From NCBI RefSeq assembly GCF_009914755.1, contig NC_060926.1: a stretch of DNA of 64,000 nt; one strand, 5' to 3'. The position numbers and the translations under genes are program-made. Source of the DNA: the human T2T-CHM13v2.0 reference genome, Homo sapiens. Shown one piece after another: positions 54,064-64,000 of the stretch. The notes under the pieces were generated by a model, which had not been told where the DNA came from, did no database searches, and saw nothing but the letters and a program-made list of their open reading frames with translations. Position 1 is the stretch's first letter. Each line of letters opens with the position of its first letter.

Positions 54064-54496
54064 TCAATTCAAAAAATACAAAAAACAAATTCTGAGGCAG
54101 GTAGAAAGGCAGGCTCTTGATATCAAAGTAAGTTTCTGGATGTAATTGAAAGACTGTTCCACCAAGTGTTCACATTCAGATAGTGGTGTATGTTGAGCTA
54201 AGTGGGAAAGGCTGTTAAGAAGTAAACATGTCTGACAGGGTGCGCAATTGCAGAATGTGATGAACCTGACTCCGTCATGTAGCATGCAAATCAGTCACTA
54301 ACATCCTCGACAATACATAAGCCAGGCTCAGCAGAGCACTCCCAGATTGTGAAAATTTGGGAGAAAAAAGGAGTCTCTGGGGAAAAAAAATAAAAGACTG
54401 GAAAAGTGATTTTCAAAACTGTGTAAAAACTAAGCACATAATGCAATGATTATAGGAGAAAGCATGAGGTCACTAAGAATGAATTGTAATACACTG

Positions 54497-54826
<330 letters not shown>

Positions 54827-55122
54827 TTTCTTTCTTTCAATACACTCTTTAGCCCAAGGAAATGACATAGGTCAAAGCATCAGGGAAGGAAAAAGGGAAG
54901 AAAAAAACCGTTTTGTTAATTAGCTTCCTGAAAATATTTTGTAAACTGCTATTTGTCCAAGATCATTCCGCTCTCTCTTAAGGATCTTTATTCCAAAGTC
55001 CAGGTGCTTTGCTACATCTCCCTCCACTACTTTATTTACATCTCTGTTACCTCCATGATCATGCCTTTGGCTCTGGCATTGCTAACTGGATCATTCTTAA
55101 CTGACAGGTTAGACAAGCATGT

Positions 55123-55124
<2 letters not shown>

Positions 55125-55168
<44 letters not shown>
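55125..55168. repeat. (AC)22 microsatellite
   Basis: Perfect dinucleotide run. Confidence 0.97.
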
Positions 55169-55170
<2 letters not shown>

Positions 55171-55649
55171 TACATAAACACAATGGCTGCATGGGTTCTG
55201 TACACTAACAATAACAAGGCTCTGAAGTGGTATGAGTTCAAGACTGAGCTCCCAGAGAGCTGGATTCAAGTCCCGTGAATGCAAGAGGAGACTTTCGAAA
55301 TGCCACCTTCCCTCTTTGAGCCTCAACCTCCCCATCTGAAAAATGATGAGTTTGAATCCAAGGATATTCCTTTCAGCTGTAATATTTTATCACCTAGCAT
55401 ATCTTCTACTTCACTCTATTTCTAGAGTGCTAAAAACTCATTTCTTTTCATTTTTCCCAGTGAGAAAGATGGATAGCTTTCCCTTAGCAATCTCATTACA
55501 TATTTTTACATATTTGTTGGTTATTATGTTTTCCTTCCATCACTTTTCTACATGAATGAATGGTATAAGTTATCTTCATCTTCAAAAGTTCTACTATTCT
55601 ATGTTTGACTATTTTTCTTTACAGTTACTTTTTGAATACTATTTCCTAA

Positions 55650-55880
55650 AAGCTGTGTAGGGCAGTGGTTAAGAATGAAGGCTCTGAACATAGACTGCCT
55701 GGGATTGAAGCCACTTGCTCAAGGTAAAATTTCAGACAGGTTATCAATATGGTTAAATATTCTTATTTTTGAAATGAATATTATAATTGTGCCAAACTCT
55801 CCAACCCCTGAGAATTAAAAGAGAGAAAGCATTTTGAGTGCACACTGGATGCTGGGCCCATAACTGGCATTATTTATATG
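55650..55880 (+). mobile_element. MIR
   Basis: cagtggttaagaatgaaggctctgaa...gactgcctgggattgaa. Confidence 0.6.
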
Positions 55881-55889
55881 GAAGCTGTT

Positions 55890-56176
55890 GGCTGGGCTTG
55901 ATTGCTTATACCTGTAACCTTAGCACTTTGGGAGGCCACAGTGAGAGAACCACTTGAGGCCAGGAGATCCAAACCAGCCTGGTGAAGACAGCAAGACCCT
56001 GTCTCTACAAAGTTAAAAAATTGACTGGGCGTGGTACTCCAGCTACTTGGGAGGCTGAGGTAGGGGGATCTCGCTTGAGCCCAGGAGTTCGAGGCTGCGG
56101 TGAACTATGATTACACTGCTGCACTCCAGCCTTGGCATCAGAGAGAGGTGCTGTCTCAGTCAGTCAATCAATCAAT
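55890..56176 (+). mobile_element. AluJ (Jr-like)
   Basis: cttgagcccaggagttcgaggctgc; tail converted to (TCAG/TCAA)n; TSD aagctgtt. Confidence 0.88.
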
Positions 56177-56471
56177 GAAAGCTGTTATTATTTTGGGTGG
56201 TGATGCTGGTTTTGGCTCTTCCTCATCCCCACAAAGTCCGAGAGAACTAGTGCTTTAAATGTAATTTAACCAAATGAGCACTAAAAAGGCAAATGAGAAA
56301 TAACTCTATCTTCTTAGGTAATCATGGTACCTTCTTTTCAACAATAAACTGAGGTGACTTTTTTTTTTTATCATGTCCTACACTCTTATCTTCAACTCAC
56401 TGTGCCCTTAAAGAGTCTTTCCATATTTCTGGCCCAGAGCTGCCCCTCCCAAGTGGGGAGAAGGTTCTTAC

Positions 56472-56480
56472 CTTCTTGAC
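56472..56480 (-). other. Candidate 9-nt microexon
   Basis: Minus strand reads gattttgtttcag|GTCAAGAAG|gtaagaa. Confidence 0.3.
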
Positions 56481-57129
56481 CTGAAACAAAATCATTACAG
56501 AATGGGGAAAACTATAGATCTAAAAAAAAAAAGTATAAGGAGTGATTTCTTACCAAATAACAGAGAAATCAGCCAGCTCCAGCAGCACCCCAAGTTGGAC
56601 ACAGAGCACAGCGTCAAAGAGATGTGGCTACAAATCAACCAGAACTGCTACCTGCTGAACACCTAATTTTTGCCAAATGTTTAATTGTACATCCTGGACT
56701 ATGTCCTCCATCAGTGAACAGAAAACCGGAGATGTTATTGGTGAGACCAGAATTTCACTGTTTGATAAAGGAACTCAGTTTCTACATTTGGAGTTGGTTA
56801 CCTCATCCTGAGCAACCAAATTCCTTAATGAAGCCAGTCTGAAGTGTGGACTTCAGAATCTTGACTGTGCAAACTGTACATGGAAATGACATTGGCATCA
56901 GTAGTCTGCAAAAGGCAGCAGTGTGAATTGCCATGTTTTTCATTTATATCTCATGTTTTCTTTTTCTTCCTTAATTCCCTTCAGGGCATGAGCCCATGAT
57001 CCATTACATTACTGTTCCAACTTCCCCTTTGCCATGGCCTTTTATATGTTTTACCTACTTATGCAATAACAAAGGTATCCTTATTCATCCACACATATAA
57101 TTCCTAAACACTCAAAGATCATTTCACTC

Positions 57130-57600
57130 ACTCTGGTGCTCCTTCAGCTGTTTCCTTTAGGACTTTTAAGTGAATTTCACTGGACCTCAATGATTTCGAC
57201 ACATTCAATTATTGAAGTGTGCCTTAACCTGCTTCTTCCAGATGTGAACTCACTCACTTGTTCATTAACTGTTACTGTATTACCATCCTTTTGCTATTAA
57301 CCTTCCTTGTGAAGGCTGAAGCAAAGGAGCTATTAAGGATTTTACAGCCTTCCTGCCATGCGCCTGCTCACACTCTCTCCCGCTAATAAGTAGCAGGCCT
57401 CCTCCTTTGGGGTAATTCTCTTCTGTCTTGACAACATATGCAACTACTCTGTTTCACCTCATTTTCTAGGAAATGCATCCTTTTGTATCTTTTACTTCAT
57501 GCCTTTAGTCCTTCATATTTTTATTGTATCTTTAGACAAACTTCTTATCAATTACACCTAAAATATACTTATTTCCTCATTAAAAATTGTTCATGAAAAA
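57130..57600 (-). mobile_element. CR1/L3-clade LINE ORF2 relic
   Basis: Minus-strand translations KILNSSFASAFT (about 57305-57345) and EIHLKVLKETAE (about 57145-57180) match the CR1 motifs AEILNxFFASVFT and GPDEIHPRVLKELAE in the correct order. Confidence 0.7.
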
Positions 57601-58427
57601 ATGTATCCTCATAGGAGTTATTCTTTGTTTTTAACATTCAACCACTGAACACAGATGCTTAGAATTATTTCATCCTTGATTTGCTAAGGGACATTACTTT
57701 TTTGTTTACTTGATGGTTTAGAAAGACAATAAATACATGGACATAACTACTGTCTTTCTCCTCTGGTTTTAGTTTGGGAAATTCTAATTGTTCTCATCTA
57801 TAAGAGAATAAAATACTAATTTGCACTCAAATCTATCCAATTGACTTTCTCACTCTACATGGGAGAATTTCCTCTCTCTACTCTTTTGAACTCTTTATTT
57901 CCTTCCCTCTATTCCCTTGCCTCTCAAAACTGGCCTTCGTCTGTTTTTGCCATTTTACTTGCATTGGTAGGTTCTCCATTCAAACAACCCAGCCAGACAC
58001 AGCCCATCCACTGGGCATTCCACCACACTAAACAGTGGGATGACAGAATCTAAGAGGACCAGCTGGTTTCAATGATTGAATTCAGTGAGTGCCGAGTGGT
58101 GTTCAACATATGCCCTGATAGGCAAGGAGCAAATGGGCAGAGGGTCTGAAGGAAGCATTTAAATAGCATCTCTTAAAAAAATGTTGCTGTTGCTCAGTTT
58201 AAACTATCTGCTTATATATTCTGGGATTAAGAGTTTTTAGTGATTTTTTCTCCCTCTTCCTAACATGTTTATATTGCGCTTTCACAGGCATAGAAATAAA
58301 ACATAAAGCCTACTCACTGAAGCCAAAATATTACCATATGTGCTCTTCTCACCGACCCATCCTCCTTCTACCTAAACCCGTCCCTCCTTTGGAAGCTCTC
58401 TTCTCCTTTTATTAAAAAAGGAAAACT

Positions 58428-58731
<304 letters not shown>

Positions 58732-60224
58732 TTAAGTGTGGGCTATGCCAGGGGATACGTTTTAGTGGGAATGGAGAAAGGATCATCCTACTACACCCTT
58801 TAGTAGGCAACAGGACCAGAAGCACCTGCTCAGTGGGCAATTATTTGGGGTGTATTTATAAGGCATCAGCCCAAATGCTAGTTCTTCCACTCTCCAGAGG
58901 AGAGATAAATGCTTCTCATTCATGCAGATCCCGAGTAAAGGTCACCCTGTTTCTGAAAACATGTGAAGAGTGATATTTGAGTTAAGTCATTTCTAAGTAA
59001 TGACTTTCTTCTTCTTCTTGAATGCTATTGGGAAGTGGTGAGGCAGAACTTGTGTGACTGTAAAAACAGCAGTTTTTAAAAATATGGTTAGACTAGACTA
59101 TTGGAAGAGGGAACAGAGTTGTGGAAACAGCTGCTTTGGAAGTTTGAAAAATTTTATTGACTCATAAAATGTTATAGCGAGAAGTTTATTTTAGAAATGA
59201 GGAAACCAAGACCCTAAAGCATTAGAGAAATTATTCAAGGTCATTAAGCTCCTTATTCATCAGGCAGAATCAGAATCAAAAGTGAATGGCTGGCAAAAAC
59301 CAATCTTGTGGGTTTTCCAATGTATGACAACGTCTCCCTTCTTTTCTAACGTGAATCTTTTCCATAACTTATCCTTACATGGGAGCAATTTTTAGCCTGC
59401 TCCACTGATGCCTGCCTCTAAAATAGTGTAGAGTTGTAAAAAAAAGTCATTTTTACATCATCAAAACTTCTGAAACACTGAGTCAGAAGGGATCATCTAA
59501 ACGCTCTTCTGCCTGCAGGTGAAGCTGGAGCAAACTCTTCACACTAGACCCTGCAAAGTCCCTCAGGGTAGAAGGGACCACGGCCAGCGCCCACTACCTC
59601 CTTGTCATCATCTAATCTTCATAACCTAAAAAGCCACCAATGGGCTCCAACAGGGTCTGTGGGTCATGACTGTGGCTGCATGTCGAGTCATGGTCTCTGC
59701 ACTCACAAATTTTGTTTTGCATAAAAGCTGTATTACTGTAAAGTTGTAAGACTTAGTAAAATTCACATTTTGGACATTTTAATTCGAGCTCAAAAGCAGC
59801 AGAGATCCCTATTTAAAGGAGACTTGCAATAAAACTACACAAAATGTAAATACATGTGTTAATTTAACGTTAGTAAATCCATATGTTCTTTTGCTGAATT
59901 ATCATATTTAGAACTTTGTAAAATAGCAGTCCATCTGCATGGAGTGAAGAAAATGCCCTTGAATAACCTGATCAGCCATGCTAGCCAGCCCATGACAAGC
60001 ACCTCCAGGCAGACACTTACTGAGAGCCACTATGAGGCGGGTGCTGTGCCATGTTCCCTAGATACAGATATAAATATATAGTGCCTTGGACTTGGGAAGC
60101 TCAAATCTGGTAGGGGAAAATAGACTTTTAAAAAATAAGTTAGGGCGTCATCTAAATGGTTTTGTTGGGAATCATTTCACCATCGTCTTATTTCTGCCCA
60201 TCATGAAGGCATATTCCTCTAAGG

Positions 60225-60745
60225 TAGGAAATAACCTTTAAACATTATCTAGTCCATCTCACTGACCCTAGGCAATAATAAGATTTAACCACTCTTGTCA
60301 TTTGAAAAACTGAGCCTCTTCCAATAGTCTCTAATATTTAACCATCTTTACTGTTAAGATATAGTTGTATTACTTACAGCCTAAATCCCTCATGCTATTT
60401 TTCAAGTTCCCTTCCCTTCTCTTATTGACTCTTTGGAGATGATGATAAGCATTTAATAACTCTGCTAATTTAACTTGAAGATCATCTTAGTTTGCTGTTT
60501 TCTGTGATCCAGAGTTCTGATTTATAATTAACTAGGCAGTGTGCATAATTCTCTTCTGTGTCTGCCCTAATCAGAGAAGCCTGAATATTGTGCACAGCAG
60601 GCATTCAGAAATACCTGTCAAGACAACAGGCATTCCAGATAAGGACGGATAAGCACTGAATAAGAGAGAAATGCTAGAGGACAGTATCCCCGATGCACAT
60701 ACCAGCATCCCAGGATAGCACCTCTCTTTTTAATAACAGTCTTCC
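60225..60745 (-). mobile_element. L3/CR1 3' region relic
   Basis: ttatctagtcca, ctttactgttaaga, agcctaaatccctc, cattccagat motifs typical of antisense L3. Confidence 0.5.
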
Positions 60746-60981
60746 ACGGAGTCCCTTGAGAGACTAAGAACCATGCTCCTACATCTCCTTAACTCTTTCC
60801 CTTCATCAAACGCAGTCACTCGCACACTACAAGTCTTCAATCAAGTTGAATGAATAAATGAATGAATGAAAACAGAATTTCAACTTTCACTATTATAATG
60901 AACCCTGTTAGCCTTTCCTTACATAAAAATTCATTTAACATTCAAGGGACATTATGTCCTTGCCAATACTTTTAAAAACCT

Positions 60982-61361
60982 TAACTACAGTCACCATGCT
61001 ATATAATGGCTCTCCAGAACGTATTCATCCTTCATGAGTGAAACTTCGTACCCTTTGACAAACAGCTCTCCCTTTCTCTCACTCTCCAATCCCTGGCAAC
61101 CACCATTCTACTCTGTGCTTCTATGAGTTCAACTATTTAAGACATAAAAGTAAGGTTATACAGTATATGTCTTTCTGTGTCTGGATTATTTCACTTAGCA
61201 TAGAGTCCTCTAGCCTCATCCATGTTGTCACAAGTGGGAGGATTTCCTTCTTTTTTAATGATAATATTCCATTGTGTCTGTGTGTATACACATATTTTCT
61301 CTACCCATTCTTACACTGTTGGAAATTTAGGTTGTTTCCATATCACAGTTATTGTGAATAA
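60982..61361 (-). mobile_element. L1MA/L1MB 3' region
   Basis: cagtcaccatgct...ccctggcaaccaccattctactctgtgcttctatgagttcaact...catccatgttgtcaca. Confidence 0.85.
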
Positions 61362-63144
61362 AGGGCCTATAATATTTATATGCTCTATACTCTTTCTCCT
61401 TCTTCCACATCTTGTTAAGGACTAACCATTCCCTCTCGGGCTAATTTGTAAAAGAAGCAATTCCACCAAGCCCTTCTTAAAATTATATAAAAACTTCCCA
61501 GCCTGTACGATGAGGCCTCAAATTATACAACAATATAAGCTTCCTGAGCATCTTGGGATAAACGTGCTTTATAGAATTAAGATACCACTTACTTGATTGT
61601 AATATATCTTAGGGCTACATAGTCAAACCTTTGAACTCACATCAGGTGATGCGTGCTGCAGAATATAGAAACAAGATTCTACAAAGCAGTCTGGAAATAA
61701 CATGTACTACTGAAAAACAAAAATACTGTAAATTAGTATAATAAATCAAGGAATCAGCAACTCTCTACCACTAACTAAATCAGTAATGCTTTCTTCAAGA
61801 GAGTTATGAGAATTATATTTCCCATGTGGCTTGCAAATGTAAAGAGATCTATTAAGACTGTCTGATAGTTACTGCCGAAGGATATATAGGAAGTAGAATA
61901 CTAGGAAGTATTATATTCATGACATTGCTCTATTTTATTTATAATTTTTATAAGAGCTTAAAAATCTAGGTTTCATTTAAGCATTACTTGTGTGATACAA
62001 AAAATATAGTAATTTAGAGTTTGATATTTTTTGAAAGGCTTTTTCAAATAAACCATTCTTTTGAATTCAAATGATTAAGAGGATTAAAAGTATCAAGAAT
62101 TTATTTCATTAGGCATTTCCCAATGGGATCAAGTTTTTCTGAAAAAAAAAAAACTTACGTAAAACCAAGTATTAAAACATTTCCACTCAAATACATTAGG
62201 GAAAGTCCCAAAATGAAGCACAGAAAAAATAATGGCAACATAAATTCAATTATTGTACCAAGTAATCGCAGAAACATGCAGAAACATGGGCATTCAAGTA
62301 AATAAATTATTCTGATTTTGCTCCTAGCTGACACAAATTACTCATTTCCTTGGACTTGATACAAGAAGGCTTCAGAGAAAAAGAAGAAATGCAATCAAAG
62401 AGCAAAGCACATTACTCATCATCTGCCAGCCTTGCAGCAACAGAGGTTTCCTACAGTCCCTCCCTGCCACAGCCTTGCAGGATATGTCTATAAGCCAGTC
62501 TAATACATGCTTAAATGTTCTCATTTACAGACTCGATTTCCTTTTGCGGGTTCCTGCAAAAGTTCTCAATGGTGGTATTGCAACTTGCATCCAATAGCAA
62601 AGTGCCTGTAGTTATTTGTTACTAATAAAGTCCTGAAGTTTTCAAATGACTTGCTTTAAAGAACTGATCCTGGATTATTTCTAAAATCAGCAAGGGCAAT
62701 AAAGTATTTACAACTAGTAGGGCCTGGCATCAACTAATCAGAAAGGACACTGGCCTGAGAAGATGCTGCTGTCTCAGGTACTAGATGGTGGCGAGGTTCA
62801 CGGTATCACAGAAGGAATTTGTTAGTGCAGGGGACACTGGGGAGGAGGGAGAGTCAGGACATTCTAAGCTTTCATCAACCAGGAGGGAAGTATTTCGGCA
62901 TTTTAAAAACCTAGTGCATCTGTCTGTTAGGGCGAGAAAAAGCAGAATATCATTCCAGATAAATTATTTTAGCTTCACTCACATGCATCCTGGTGTGCTT
63001 TCTTGAGTGGAAGAAAGTAGATGAAGTAACATGCTGGAAATCACACATAACCTATGGCTTTCCTCATTTGTGAACCCAAGGAAGCGTGCCACATATAGAA
63101 ATACAAAGTCAGAGTTACAACTTTGCCCCCGTATTCTCACACGC

Positions 63145-63538
63145 TGTGTTAGTTAAGGCTGCCATAACAAAATACCACAGACTGGGGGGCTTCAACAACA
63201 CAAGTTTATTTTTTCACAGTTCTAGAGGCTGGATGCCCAAGAGCAAGGTGCCGTCGTTGCTGGGATCTGGGGAAGCCTCTCTTCCCGGCTTACAGATGGT
63301 AAATTTCTCCCTGGGTCCTCACATGGCCTCTCATCTGCATGGCCACAGAGAAATAGTGTTCTGGTGTCTCTACCTCTTGTTACAAAGGCACCATCAGTCT
63401 TATCCGATTAAGGTCCCATCTATAGGTCCTCCTTTAACCTTAATTACCTCCCTAAAGGGTGCATCTCCAAATACAGTCACATCAGGGGTTAGGGGTCGAA
63501 AATTCGAATTTTGGAGGTACACAATTCCATCCATAACA
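63145..63538 (-). mobile_element. MLT1A0-like MaLR solo LTR
   Basis: ggctgccataacaaaataccacagactgg...tctccaaatacagtcacat...ccataaca; TSD cacgc/cacac. Confidence 0.88.
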
Positions 63539-64000
63539 CACACCACGTAAGAGGAAAGAGAGAAGCCTTCTCCCACACATTTTCTGCTTTGACCAATTTA
63601 AGTGAAGGTGAATTTGTGATTATTACTGTAGACAAAGAACCCTCTAAAAGCAGATTGTTGCTGTAGACCTGCCATATACCCATCTCAAAAAGGACCTCAC
63701 CAAACCCCAGGCCACCTTGGCTAAAACCACACCTAATTACTATAACTGTGCATCTCAATGATCAGCCAACAAGCACTACTGACTACCAACTATATTCCCA
63801 GAACCAATGGAGAGATACAAGAAGATTCACATCATTTGGGGTGAATGAGAGTATGCCTGTGAATTACCAGTGAACAAGATCAACTCATTTACATGTAATC
63901 AGTGGGGATCAGAGCCTTCCTGATGGTCATGTAGAATGTGCACAGGTAGAACCTCACTCTACAAACACACCCATGACCATCACCTCTCTCATAGCCCTCT

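Noticed and set aside
63086-63550. 154-aa ORF
   Set aside because: Lies almost entirely on the antisense strand of an MLT1A0 LTR.

Overview
Primate, almost certainly human, genomic DNA: it carries a diagnostic AluYa5 and a near-consensus young L1 ORF2 fragment. The window is AT-rich, has no CpG island and no recognisable protein-coding exon or RNA gene. It is dominated by interspersed repeats: about 16 Alus, a full-length Tigger1, several MaLR/ERVL solo LTRs, L1 fragments of very different ages, L2/MIR/CR1 relics and hAT elements. Most LTRs and Alus lie on +, and the best splice-site-flanked segments I found lie on -, which suggests (inference) the inside of a long minus-strand transcription unit that I cannot name. 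The only ORF with a recognisable protein over its length is the L1 ORF2 fragment at 53260-54045; Tigger1 transposase remnants also show up. I see no convincing new biological system. The best leads are a tail-less, TSD-less young L1 fragment (possible endonuclease-independent insertion), a 9-nt microexon candidate, a series of minus-strand cryptic exons, a pre-miRNA-sized fold-back hairpin inside an MLT1C LTR, a locally copied Tigger1 fragment and an AluYa5. Repeat subfamily names come from recalled consensus features and need RepeatMasker/Dfam confirmation.
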